Below the pieces are notes generated by a model. That model made no database searches and was not told where the DNA came from. It worked only from the letters and a program-made list of their open reading frames with translations. From positions 45,820,001 through 45,884,000 of the forward strand of contig CM052818.1 in NCBI GenBank assembly GCA_028534125.1: a stretch of 64,000 nucleotides of DNA, written 5' to 3'. The stretch is from Lama glama. Taxonomy: Eukaryota. Below, piece by piece: positions 49,388 to 61,975 of the stretch; within the stretch, counting starts at the first letter, position 1, and every line of letters begins with the position of its first letter. Position numbers and translations under genes: made by a program.

Positions 49388-49458
49388 CTTTTGCTATGAT
49401 CTGGCTCTGGGTGCTCAACATCTGGCTTTGCTGTTGACGATCTTCTCTCTCTTGGAAC
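49388..49458 (-). CDS. GRHL1: GRHL1 exon 3 (VPRERRSSTAKPDVEHPEPDHSK-R)
   Basis: atatccaag|GTTCCA ... AAAAG|gtaatg; 71 nt; not in ORF track. Confidence 0.95.
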
Positions 49459-51906
49459 CTTGGATATTAACACGCACAACAACAATTTAGTTCTTACTCT
49501 GTGAAGTACAGAAGCGGTCTTTATTTTTCAGTAAGCTCAACTGTTCATGTGTCTACTGATTGCCTGCCAAACCCCAGGCTCTGAGGGTACACAATGAATA
49601 AGACAGTGTCTGCCCTCAAGGAGCTTACAATCTGGTTACCAGGCTGCAATGTAAAAACCAACTTTTATTAGTTGCAAAGTAAATTCAGAATGTCACAAAT
49701 TTACTTTGTCACTGAGTTTGGGTTTCATCTCTTAAAAGTAATAGCTCTGGTCTGGTTTCACTCATTTATCTACATAACGTAATAGAGAAGAAGGTGCAGA
49801 AAACAACTTCAGCTTTCGCCCTGCTTTTCTCGGCTACCCTTCCCTTTGGATTATATGCAAAATCAAAAGGACCAGCCATGTGAATAGTTCACTTCCAAGA
49901 TCCAAATATCAGCTTCAAATGATAAATTTCTTTAGATACTTTGGGATTCACACCATTCGTTACCCAAAGGACAAGCTGAACCCTGTTTGTTCTATTTCTT
50001 TTTTGAGTCTTCTCTTCTTTGCATAGAAGGTGAAAGGAGGCAAACATTACAGGGTATATTGCAGACATCAACCCAACTGAGGCATGTTCCCAACATGTAC
50101 TCCAAAACTGCTAAGATATTTCAAACTGGTTTTCAGTGTGAATGTAGAAATCCTACCCCTTGTTTTACCCTTGAAGACAAAATATATTGTTGTTCCATGT
50201 ATTAACAATGTGCTTTTAAAGCTTTACCACAGTTATTATGTAAAAATGACTGATGGTTACATCCAAATACTTGAAACAAGTCAGTTTATTTAAAAAGAAA
50301 AATAAATAACCCCATAGCTATGGCAAGAAGGCTGGCGTACTACTAAGGCTACCACCCTTCATGGACAGACACGAGGACTTATCTCCTCCCAAGATGCAAA
50401 ATACTTTAGGGCCCTTTATTTAAAACACACACACATATACAACCACCGCAATTAGTGATACTACATTGGTCTTTCCGGCACTAAACTTGGTTTTCTCCCA
50501 TTCTCAGAAGTTTCAGTTAAAAGTACATAATTTCAAATTTCCTAATTAACACATAGGAACTTACGGTTTTTACACTGAGCCAATAAAACAAGCCATAAGA
50601 AGAACAGATACATAAGTTGTATTTCAAAGAAACCCTTTGAGGCTACGTTTCCCAGGCAAGGGTTTCTTCTAGCATCATTAGTTACTACACAAGTTTCCAC
50701 TCACATTCAAGGAAAACAAACTTACTTCAGTCCCTTAAACACAACAAGTTGGACAACATGGCCTCATACCAGAAAATAATTCAATCGCTTGTTTAGGTCC
50801 TCCCTTAATTTTGATAATCAAACCATCTTCTTTGCTTTTTTTCCCTCTACGTTTCTTATACTCAGAAAAGAATACAGTGCCAGTATGTAACAAAAGGCAG
50901 GCAACTGGTGAATCTGGGTGAAAGCATCTGGGAGTTAGTTATCCTGTTAATTTAAGTTGACTATAGGTTTGGATATTTTAAAAACAAAAAATAGTAAAAA
51001 TAAACCATAACATATAGCCATCCCCATATACTGGCTATCGGTCAGAAAGAACGCCGAAGGGAACGCACACTAGCTAAGCACATCCCCCAGGAGACAGCAG
51101 GGCACGCCGAGGAGGGGACCTGAGCACAATCTGAAATCCTGGCTCCAACACATACGAGTTGTGTGACCCGGGAACTTTATTTTATCATCAGCAAAATAGG
51201 GATAATACCACGTATTTTGCAGGGTTCCTGGAGGGGTCAGAAACAACATGCATTCTGGTTAACACGTCTAGCATGATACAGGTGATCAGTAAGAAGCAGC
51301 TGGGATTATTAGGGCAGCAATGATGATACAGATCAGTGGTGTCATCTCCAGATACGAACACCATGTAAAACTCCAGGCAGAGGGATGGTCATACTTCATT
51401 AAGACTAACCCAAGTGTCTAGAAGCAGGGAACAAAATATATCCTGATCTTAGAACTAGAAAGTCCAAGACTAGAAAAATGTTTTTTTCCTATGAATCGCC
51501 TAATCGAATCAAATCAAATGAAGTCAAATCAAAAGCTCTGTAATATTATTTAGGGAAAGGGAAATCACTGTGACTACACAGGAATAAGGTTAGAGCCCAG
51601 GCAAGTGAGTCACTGTCCACTCTTGAAGGCACTAAGAACGACCTTTGGTAAAATGATCAGTCTCATTAGGACACATCTACCATCTTCTTTTATGGTAGCT
51701 TCCCCCTTCAGATAGAGCCAGCCACTTCACATGTTTTAAAAACAACCCTTTGATTCTATGATCGTAGATGTTCAGCTTTGAACCACAGCAAGTCAAAGTA
51801 CTCATTAAACTATTTATAGTCACTACAGAAGCAACCTGCATTACGTTCTACCAGTGAATTGCTGTTTTATATGCTGCTGAATCAAGTGCATCTTGGACTG
51901 CTGTTA

Positions 51907-52131
<225 letters not shown>

Positions 52132-55100
52132 TTAAACAAACAAATATATATATATTTATACAAATATAAATTACATTTTTCTACTGCAAGTCATCATAAG
52201 CTAATTTTTTAAAAAACAAACAACCAATTCCTTGATATTCCAATAAAACAGTCCATTGTTTCATCAATGACTCCAATAAAGTAAATCAAGACAAGACCAG
52301 GAGACAGCCAACTTAAATGCAGCCCAATGGGTCACCCAGTAAGGTATGAGGTATTCAGGCAGCCAGGGAACCTGCAGTTAACCTACTCATGGATCCCAGG
52401 ACACACAGAAAAAAAACAAAAACCAGAAACCAAAAACCCACTCCAAGAAAATGTCAGGCTATTCAAACACTTTACATAAACAAACACAAGGACAAAGTAG
52501 GGCCAAACAGAACGTTCACTCTCTTCAGACACAGACATTCAGGACTGTGCCCTCTTAGACAGAGCACACATGGTTCGGCCACCACGCTGCTACATGTCAT
52601 TTCCCTCTTTCTCCCAGGGATGCCATGCCTTAAAAACTACAACCAAGGGGCAGAGGAGGAGGGGATGGAAAGAAAAAGGGATACTTGGGTTAATCCTTGG
52701 GGGTATATGAGAAAGTTAGAATAGTCTACTGATTACCAGCAGATTGAGCATGGAATGTGGCCAAAGGGGACTGTAAATCAATAAGGAGGCATAATTTTCT
52801 GGCATGGGAGTTAACCGTTTATCTTAGAGATAAACACTTAAGAATCTACAACAATAAATGAAGCCACTGGAAAAAAAAAAGAGATTTTTAAGGATTTAGG
52901 TGGGGAAATCTGTTTTTAAAAATCTTTACTGGTTTTCCATACGGGGCAAGAACTGTTTCCCTTTAACACTACAGGGTGGGAAAAATCCAGAAAAATCAAC
53001 GGAGAACTTAGTAAAGTCTTAAAGAGGATTTAATTTAAAAGATTAAAGCAAACATTACCGAATCCAAAAACTTGAAATGTAAACAGTCTCAACAACTGTT
53101 CAGTTGGTTCTGTTTTGTTAAGTCAATAAAGAGAAAAAGTGAAATGCTAACTCCAGCAAAATCAAGCAGTTTTTTTAAGGGAAAAAAATTTTTTTAATAG
53201 AACTACTCTAAATTAACACAATTCTAATAAGCAAATTAAAGGATCAGTTCTCATTGCAACACACAAATGAAATATGTAAATGGCCTAAAGGTGACCTACC
53301 TACTCTAAAAGTGAATGTAGAAAGACTGATTATCTTCGCAAGTAATCAACAAAGGTTAGGGTTTGGCAGTCACCCAGGCCCTTTAAAAACTGATACAGAT
53401 TTAGGAAAAGGAGAACATCTTTGAAAAAGATAGGGGGAAATCCAATTTATCTTCTGTAAAAATTAGTCTTATTTCAAACCCAATGTTTTTACTCATGTCT
53501 AGGCCTAAAGTCCTAGGAGAGGAGCTCGCATTTGGTGGGAAAAGAAGTCTTGAGGTGGTAGGATTTTAACACAAAACAAATATAGTGGGTTGTTTAAAGG
53601 ACATGGTTGGTTTAAAAATGAAGACTTTCTACAAATCTCAAAATTTTTTTAAAAATTAAGAAATATACAAAGGGGTATTCCCTGTGACATCAGAGGTGAG
53701 GACAGCAGCTACTGGACCAGTGGTACCTTGGGGTGATTTGCTAGTGCACAGCTAAGCTATTATTAATAGTGTAATAGCTACTTCCAGAAGATTATGACAG
53801 CACTTGGCTCATCCAATTCCCGTAATGCTAGTTTTTCAGCTTCCCTTCTCCTCCCACCCCCACCCCAAATCCGTACAAGCAACAGAAAATAAACATCTTT
53901 TGGCATATGGTTTTGTTTGTGATCACCCTGAAGGTGTCTTACATTTCCAAACTGTGCCTAAGGCCAAAATTTTAGCTCTGGAAACATGCCTTATCTAAAC
54001 TATAAGTCAAGAAATAAACAGAAAACCAGTTGCCTTTTTCAGTCTACTTCCTCATGACAGCCAGGCTGTTAGTCCCTAAAGGCTCATCAATGTGTTCCTT
54101 CCTTGAGTCTTAAATCCTTTGTCAATGATCTCATAAAGACTTCGTAAGTATATTTCAAGGAATAATTTATCTGCATATTCTACAACACAAGATTAATTCA
54201 TTTAAGTTATCCCATACATAACAACATCTAAACTATTCAACCAGAAAAAAAGAACACTCTTAAAAGGATCCTCAGCCAATAATTATAAAACTGGGAGAGG
54301 TACCTCTCTGCCCTGGATTTACTGGTCTGATATATAGTGATTGGTTTAATACGATTTACTTTTATTACGGGGGAACAATTTTATATTTACAGAAAAGTTG
54401 CAAAGGAAATACAAAAATGTCCCTCATCCAGTGTTCCCTAATGCTAATGTCTTACATTACCTCCTTATCTTTGTCAAAATATTCCTTTAATCACAAACTC
54501 CAAAAAGCACATTGGTAAGCACAGTGCTTTCTAGTTTACCATCCTGATTTCAAAGTTTCATCTGCTGATATTTTCTGAGCATTTTCAATTACAGTAATCT
54601 GTAATTACCATGAATGATGCAAGTGGCAAAATAACTCCTGCAACAATTTTCTCACTCACACAGCCAACCAGGGGAAAGAAAATGCCAGGACGTCAGAGTA
54701 CTTCAACTTTTCCCCAAATTTCTCCTTTCGGAAGTTCTAGTAGGCTGGCCAAATGACACGGCTGAGCGACAAGAGATTACCTGAGAAGTCTCCCTTTCCA
54801 GCCGCGAAGAGCGTCCCAAAGAGCTCCACTGGCCCCAATGAGCAAAAACCGACCGTGGGGGACACGGCGCTGTCGGCGTGGCAGAGGAGCAGCCGGCGAG
54901 CCGGACGCCTCAAATCTCCCTCCGCGCACCGGGGCCACCGGGGAGCAGACCCGGGGCGCGCCCGTGGCGTGGTGCCCCAGACCAGGACGCTGAGGCTACG
55001 GGTAGGGGGGCTCCTCTCCGGAGTCGAGACACCCTCAACGCAGGGGTCTTCCCAAGGGGCCTCAGTGGAACAAACGTGGGGTGGAGTGCCCGAGGGGCAG

Positions 55101-55270
55101 AGGCCGCGGCGGAGAAGAAAGTGGACAGCGACACACGCGGCCCCCGCCCTCCCAGCCTGGAGCCCGTGCCCCGCGCTCGGCCTCGTTCCCGCACCCCGGC
55201 CTTCTCGCCCGGACTCACACTGGCGTCCCCAGCCCACCTCGCCTTGTCTGCCCGGCCGTCCGGACTCGCA

Positions 55271-55298
55271 CCCGGCCCGGCCCGGCCCGGCCCGGCCC
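55271..55298. repeat. (CCCGG)5CCC pentanucleotide repeat in intron 1
   Basis: Read directly. Confidence 0.95.
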
Positions 55299-55398
55299 TC
55301 GCCTCGCCCGCCCGGCCTCACGGCAGGTGCGTCCGGCCCGGCGGGCAGCCGCGGCCCCGGCCGCACGGCCGGACTCGCGCGCCGGCGCCCTCACTCAC

Positions 55399-55418
55399 TT
55401 GTCGTACTCCTGTGTCAT
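55399..55418 (-). CDS. GRHL1: GRHL1 exon 1 coding part (MTQEYD-N), phase 2
   Basis: gcgATGACACAGGAGTACGACAA|gtgagt inside the CpG island. Confidence 0.95.
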
Positions 55419-55580
55419 CGCGCTCGCTCGCCGCTGCCGGGCCGCAGAACTGGACTTTCGGGTTGGGACAGTACACCCGATCCGGGGGGAGGAGGAGGCG
55501 GCGGCGGCAGCGGCGGCGGCGGCGGCGGGTCCGGAGCGGCGGCCCCGACGGGTTGGGTTCGCTTTTCTCGCTCTGAGCCG
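55419..55580 (-). other. GRHL1: GRHL1 5' UTR (5' boundary approximate), containing a GCC repeat
   Basis: Lies between the CCAAT/GC boxes and the ATG; no upstream ATG in this interval. Confidence 0.6.
55488..55526. repeat. (GGA)3(GGC)4AGC(GGC)5 trinucleotide repeat
   Basis: Read directly. Confidence 0.95.
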
Positions 55581-55623
55581 GCTCCGCGCGGGCAGCGCGC
55601 ACTGGGGGTGCCCAGGCTCGACT

Positions 55624-55722
55624 TCCCATTGGCTGGCAGCGCGCCGGCACGGGGCGGAGCTTCGGGGCTGGGAGGCTAGCGGCACTGCCTGATTGGCCAG
55701 TGCTCGGGGCGCCGGGGCGGGG
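55624..55722 (-). promoter_or_regulatory. Proximal promoter: two CCAAT boxes (55628-55632, 55692-55696) interleaved with two GC boxes (55651-55659, 55714-55722); no TATA
   Basis: Minus strand CAGCCAATGGG and GGCCAATCAG (NF-Y consensus); plus strand GGGGCGGAG and GGGGCGGGG (Sp/KLF). Confidence 0.75.
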
Positions 55723-55755
55723 CCGACGGGGCCGAGCCTCGCGGGCGGGAGTCGG

Positions 55756-55785
55756 CGCTCCGCGTGGCCGCGCTCCGCGTGGCCG
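55756..55785. repeat. 15-bp perfect tandem duplication CGCTCCGCGTGGCCG x2
   Basis: Read directly; degenerate third copy follows. Confidence 0.92.
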
Positions 55786-56082
55786 CGCCCGTGTGGCGCG
55801 CCCGGCACTCCCGGCCTCCCTCCGGTCAGAACAAGCGAAGCGGCGCGGCTCCTGGCCAGTACATGCCGCCCCTCTACGGCCGTCAGCGCGCCCACTGCAA
55901 GGCCAGGCACAGCGTCCTCGCTCTGCCCAGCGGTCGCAGCCGTGGGCCGCCCACCTGCGGGACCGGACATGCCCTGGCGCCGTCTTCCCAGGCGCTGGGC
56001 GCTCTTCCTTTCCCGCCCGCCCACCTAAGCCCCCCGCCTCTCCAGTGATGGAGCCTCCCCGCCCCGCGACTGCCCCTCGCCG

Positions 56083-56126
56083 GTGCCCCGCGGTCGCCGC
56101 TCGGGTGCCCCGCGGTCGCCGCTCGG
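56083..56126. repeat. 22-bp perfect tandem duplication GTGCCCCGCGGTCGCCGCTCGG x2
   Basis: Read directly. Confidence 0.92.
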
Positions 56127-56533
56127 CTGCCTCGGGCACCTTCCCGCCTGGGGTCTGTGAAGCGTCCGCCCTCCTCGTGCCCCCTCTCACCTCTTAGACC
56201 GCGTCCACTTAACTTCTGAGGCTTTTACCTGAGGAAGCTCAGACGTCTCCCTCCTGGTCTTGCCCATCGAAACTGTCCGACTTCAGAACCTCCTGTACAT
56301 GCATTTCAGATTGTCTGCTACGTGACAGACACTGGAAGACTGCCACAGTCTCCTAACCTGTTGTTTCCCCCCGTGCGGCCAGGGTTGGTGCTCACCGAGT
56401 GGTCTCCCCAGCCTCACCTGAGCCGCCTCTGTCCCAAGTACCCGCCCCTCCCCCTCTTCTGAGTCCCGCCCCAACCAGTGTGGATCTTCCATCTCTGCCT
56501 GTCTTAGCCCTCTCAGAACCCGCATGTGAACTT

Positions 56534-56551
56534 CACACACACACACACACA
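56534..56551. repeat. (CA)9 microsatellite
   Basis: Read directly. Confidence 0.85.
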
Positions 56552-56683
56552 CCCCTGCACCCTCTTCCCCCACTGCCGTCCCTCCCCGCACCCCTAGTGC
56601 CATCTCCCATTCATTTCCACCCCCACCTACTCCTGGCCCCAATTGTCCTTCCTGAGCTACAGCTCCCTTCTCCAGGGTCTGCT

Positions 56684-57890
56684 CATTCATTCAACAAATA
56701 TTTATTGAGAGTCCTACTCTATGCCAGGCACTCTTCTAGACGCTGTGGTTATGGCTGTGAATACAGGGGACAAAAATTCCCTGCCTCCTCCAGCATCCTA
56801 ACTGGGGTAACAGACCATAAAAGCATAAGTAAATTGTATGATGTATTAGAAAGTGGCAAGTTCTGCGGGAGAGAAATAAAGCAGAGGAGGCAGATGGGGA
56901 GCAGGGGGTGGAATCAGTTCTGAAGACTTGAAGGAAGTGAGACCACCAGGAGGTGAGGGAGGGGTGGCCCAGGCAGAGGCTCCAGTCTGCACGAGGAGGG
57001 GACACCTAATGTGTTCAGTGAACAGAAAAAGCCCAGTATGGCTGGAGGGAGACAAGACAGAAGGATAGAGGAGATGTGGTCAAAGTAATGGGGACAGGGA
57101 ACATGTTCTGAGCGGCTTGTAGGCCTTTGTACAGAGTTTGGTTTTTATTGAGTAAGATAGCGAGGCATTGGAGGCTTTGGAGTAGGGCGGTGACATGATC
57201 TAACTCATGTTTTAAAGTAATTCATCTGGCTGCTGGGTGGTAAGGGATAAAGTGGGGAGCAGGGAGACCAGACCAAGGATAATAGTAGCTTGGCCTAGGG
57301 TGGTGGGGTGGAGTGGTGAGAAGTGGTCAAATTCTGATCTATTCTGAAGGTGGGATCAACAGGATTTCCTGAAAATTGGATATGGGATGTGGGGAAAAAA
57401 TAGAGTCAAGGACTACAAGCTTTTCAGTTGAAAACTGGGAAGAATGATTTGCCATCCTTGAGCTGGGGAAGACTGCAGGCGTAGAAAGACTGGGGGAGGT
57501 CAGAAGTTTTGTTTTGGACACGTTGCTTTTGAGATTTTTATTAGAGATTCAGGTAGATGTATCAGTAGATGGTTGGATAGAAGTCCGGAGTCCCAGGGAG
57601 AAATCTGGGCTGAATGGACATCTGAGAGTCATTGGCACAGAGATGATATTGAAAGCCTGGAAATGGGGTGAATCTCCGTGGCAGTGAGGGAGAAAAGAAT
57701 GGGACCAACATTGGATCCTGGAATCTCCAACATAGAGATGAAAAAGAGGATCCTGCAGGGAAGAAGGGACAGAGGGACTCACTGAGAGAGCAGGAAAATG
57801 GAAGCAAGGAGGAAGGCGTGGTCAGCTAGGTCACATGCCGCCTGGAGGTCAAGGAAGATGAGGATTAGCAACATGGAGGCCGCTGAGGTC
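56684..57890 (-). mobile_element. L2 fragment
   Basis: cattcattcaacaaatatttattgag..ctactctatgccaggcact (reverse L2 3' end) followed by purine-rich L2 body. Confidence 0.8.
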
Positions 57891-58059
57891 TTTATTCACC
57901 AGCCGGTCCCTCACCCACTCCCACCAACTCCGGCTCCCTGTTCTCCAGGACTCTGGGGACCTAAACCAACAACCACAGACGCTTCTCACTGTCCCCTTCT
58001 GCCATGTCCAGTTTCTGTCCTCTAGCACTGGGTACAATGCTGGAGCCCAGAGTCTGTTC

Positions 58060-58147
58060 TTTTTTTTTAATGGAGGAACTGAGGATTGAAGCCAGGACTT
58101 GTTACATGCTAAGCATGCGCTCTACCACTGAGCTATACTCACCCCCC
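58060..58147 (-). mobile_element. tRNA-derived SINE (Vic-1-like, short form)
   Basis: Minus strand GTATAGCTCAGTGGTAGAGCGCATGCTTAGCATG..GTCCTGGCTTCAATCCTCAGTTCCTCCA + A tail; flanked by a ctgttct(t/c)tttt direct repeat. Confidence 0.85.
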
Positions 58148-58195
58148 TGTTCTCTTTTCTTATTCACTAGCTTCTTTAAATTGTGTGTGTGTGTA

Positions 58196-58821
58196 TATTT
58201 AATTTTTTATTGAAGTATAGTTGATTTACAGTGTTTCAGGTGTACAGCAAAGTGATTCACTTATATACATTATATATACATTCTTTTTCCAGATTCTTTT
58301 CTACAATTGGCTATTGATTGGTTATTACAAGATATTGAATACAGTTCCTTGTGCTATACAGGCAGGTCTTTGTTGTTCATCTATTTTATATATACTGGTA
58401 TGTATCAGTTAATCCCAAATTCCTCATTTATCCCCTCCCCCTTCCCTCCTTGGTAACCATAAGTTTGTTTTCTATGTCAGTGAATCTATTTCTGCTTTGT
58501 AAATAAGTTCATTTGTATCATTTTTTAAGATTCCACATATAAGTGATACCATATGGTATTTGTCTTTATCTGTCTGACTTACTTCACTTAGTATGATGAT
58601 CTCTAGGTCCATCCATGTTGCTGCAAATGGCCTTATTTCATTCCTTTTTATGGCTGAATAATATTCCAGTGTGTGTGTGTGTACACCACATCATCTTTAT
58701 CTGTTTATCTGACGATAGACGTTTAGTTTGCTTCCAAGTCTTGGCTATTGTAAATAGTGCTGCTATGAACATGGGAGTGCATGTATCTTTTCCAGATATA
58801 TGCCCAGGAGTGGGATTGCTA
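58196..58821 (-). mobile_element. L1 3' end fragment
   Basis: ttttattgaagtatagttgatttaca ... gattccacatataagtgata ... ggagtgggattgct. Confidence 0.88.
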
Positions 58822-59829
58822 AATAAATTATATTTTTAGAATGAGCTAACTTAAGAAAATACGTAGTAAATAACAGTACAGCCAGTCCCTAGATATGGTG
58901 CAAATCAGCAGAGTTGTGCTACTGATATGACTCAGATTGGAAAAGTGTCTTTTTACCTCATCCTTCCCGCTTCTTCCTCTAAGCCATCTCCAGATGTGGC
59001 CAGAGTGATCTGTATAAAGCACACAGTTTAGGTCATGTCACCTTATTACACTCGGGATAAAGTCCACACCCCTTAGCACAGCATATGACTAAACAGTGCA
59101 ACCTGCGCTTTTGCAATTCTGCTCCTTTGCCTGCAGCTCACTGCTAGAAACTCCCCTGCCCCCACTTCCCTGCTCCTCTTCCTGCTTGGCAAGCTCCCGT
59201 CAACTTTCCCAACTGGGCTAGGACCACCCCACCCCTATTGCTCCAGGTGGCCTCCCCAGCCCTCTAGCCTGGGTTGAATGTCCCACGTGTCACACAGTGC
59301 TTGTGCATCACCCCAATACCACGTTTACCACATTCTGTTTGTAATACTCGATTTTCTGTTTGTGTCTGTCTCCACAATAGTGGGAGCTTTTCAGGAAGAG
59401 CGCCAGGATTGTACTGCTTTCATTTTGCCATCCCAAGCCTCCTGGTATTCACATAGAAAACACCTGGAAGTGGTCACTGAAGGGATGCATTCCTCTGCCG
59501 GGGTCTGTTCTGCCTCTCAGACTGCTTCCTTCGGCACCATGTCTGGCAGTGGCTTAAATAACCCTCCCATTGCAGAAGACTGAGGGTCTCATGCTTCAGT
59601 CCCAGTATCTGATACACATTAGGCCCAAAATAAACATGGAAGAATGAATAAATATCAAGCTGTAAAACCAAAAACAAGAACAATAAAGGCCTGATGTTAT
59701 TAGAACTTAGATATATTAATTAAAAAACATGTAAATCTGAACATCGGCTTATTTAGGCTGTCTCTAAGAGCTCTCTAAAACAGAAGTTAAAATTCTTATC
59801 TACGAGTGGTTGGCAATGCTTTCTTTATT

Positions 59830-60570
59830 TTAAATTTTTTTACTATTTCTAAAATTATAAAAATAATATATGTTTACAGATTTTTTTAAAAGAAGGAAAT
59901 TTAAATAATACAGAGGGTTTAGGGTACAGTCACTCCCCCCTTCATCCCCTCCCTCTCCCCAGAAATAACCATTGTTACCAGTTTCCATATATCTTTCTTT
60001 GTATGTATCCACAAACATACATGTTTTATCTTCTCACACAGTGGGATTCGTACCACTCACAACCCTCCTCAGCTTGCTTGCTTTCACTTATTAGGGTCTT
60101 CAACGTTTTTCATGTCAGCGCATATACATCTACCATACTTAAAAAAAGTAGCTGCATATTATTTCCTTGGATTGACATATGATAGCTAGACCCCATCAGT
60201 AAGCAATTAGTGTTTTTATCTCCAGTTTTTCACAATTACAGACATTCTGCAATAAACATCCCTCTGACTAGACACTGTGCGCCTGATCAAATATAGCCGT
60301 ATGGTAAATCCCCAGAATTGGAGTTGCTATGATAAAAGCACACACAGTTTCAACTTTTATAGATCTGACCCAATTGTTTTCCAAAAGGCTGCTGCATTTG
60401 GACTCCTACCAACAGGAGGTGGGACTTCTTTAAGTGCCACCCCTTGTCAACCAGGGGGCATTATCAGATTTTGCTTTGCTAGTCTGTTAGATGAAAAATA
60501 GTATCCCGTTGTTTTGATTTTCATTTTTAAAAATGAAGAGATTTAGCATCTTTTCAATTGTTTGGTAATG
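59830..60570 (-). mobile_element. Ancient L1ME-like 3' fragment
   Basis: tccccagaaataaccattgttaccagttt; gcaataaacatcc; atagtatcccgttgttttgatttt. Confidence 0.55.
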
Positions 60571-61814
60571 ACATTTTTAAGCTCAAGGATAGGATTGTGT
60601 TTCTTTAAGAGAAGCGAGACCTTTGAGGTACCTTCCCAAGTCATGGTTCTTCAGAGTGGGGAGCGAGTTTTGGACCCCTCTCCTGTAGGAGACCACGTGG
60701 TTCTAAGAGACTTGTGGACGTAAAGAGGCAGATGGGGAGGTGGATTGGGAGAGTCACAGGCCTGGGTTCTAGCCCAGGTTCTGCAGATCTACAGGGTGAC
60801 TTCAGTAGAGTCACTTCTCTCTGGGCTTCAGAAAAAGGAAGAGGTTGGATAGGTCATCTGGTCCCTTCCAGCGCCAGCGTCCCCTGACGCTAAGAGTAGT
60901 TCTGATCTCAGCTACCCACAGTTTACAGACTGAAGTCCAAGCTCCTAAGCCTGGCATTCAAACTCCTTCCACATTTGGCCCCAACACACAGTTCCAAAGT
61001 TGTGTCCTAGTTAAAAGCCCCCAAGGCCCTGGACCCCATCACAGAATTCCCTGAATATGTCCTGCAATTTCAGGCCCCTGGTTGCCTGTGCTGTTCCTTC
61101 TTTCTACCTCACCACCTTGGTCGTACATCTTCTTTCAAGGCCAACCTCCAATGCTGTCTCCTCCAGGACCTTTCCCATCCTGTGCACACTTCTCTCCCAG
61201 CTCCTCAGCTACCACTCATCACAAGCTTCTCTGCTTTTTAATTAATTCAGTTTCACATGAGTTTGAGAGAATGACTTTATGTCTGTCAGATCTGGATTCA
61301 AATCTCAGATCTGCCTCCTATTTTTACCTGAAGCAACCTGCTTCCCTGCCAGTCCTCGATTTTCTCGTCTGTAAAATAAGGGAAACAGGATCAAGTTTTG
61401 TGGCGTTAAATCAGATAATGCAGTTAAAGAAGCTCACGCAATGCCTGACACAAAGACACTGGATAGTTGGCTTCCATCTCCTTTGGAGACCAGCAGGTCA
61501 GGGACCCCTTCCCATTCCTCCAAGTGCTTGCTTGTTGGCCATGTGACCTAATCATAGCCTGACCCGCCATTTGCAGGACTCATTACAGGCTGGGACCTCT
61601 TCCTGATGAAGCAGTCTGTATTGAAGGGACAGCTAAAGTAGTTGCAAGAAAATGGCACAGCCTCCCTTCCTGACCTCCAAGAATCTGTACCAGCCATTTC
61701 CCGAGAGCCATTGGTTCTCGCCCTGTCTGCCAGTGCCTCTTGCGAGATGAACGTCTTCCACTCTGGACGAATGGGGTATGGAAGGGAGAGTGTGTCATCT
61801 CCACCCTTGCCTCC

Positions 61815-61975
61815 CAGCTCTGTGACTTAGGAAAGTTATTGAACCTCTGAGCCTCAGTTTCCCCAACTATGGAATATGGGATAATGATTCCTACCACCAA
61901 GGGCTGGCTGGTTTGTTTTGTTTCATGAAAAGTGGCTCAAACAATGCCGGACCTATTGGAACTCAATAAATATTC
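61815..61975 (+). mobile_element. MIR
   Basis: agctctgtgacttaggaaagttattgaacctctgagcctcagtttcccca. Confidence 0.7.

Larger units (their letters stand above)
54780..56200. promoter_or_regulatory. CpG island spanning the GRHL1 promoter, exon 1 and start of intron 1
   Basis: Abrupt switch to very high GC and dense CpG relative to flanks. Confidence 0.93.

Noticed and set aside
54737..56197. Long overlapping ORFs of 100-308 aa on both strands
   Set aside because: CpG-island artefact: stop codons are rare in very GC-rich DNA, the products are low-complexity P/R/G/A, and only 20 nt is GRHL1 coding.
58066..58147. tRNA-Ala-like sequence (also at 39457-39531)
   Set aside because: Degenerate B box and stems, A-rich tail and flanking direct repeat identify these as SINEs, not tRNA genes.
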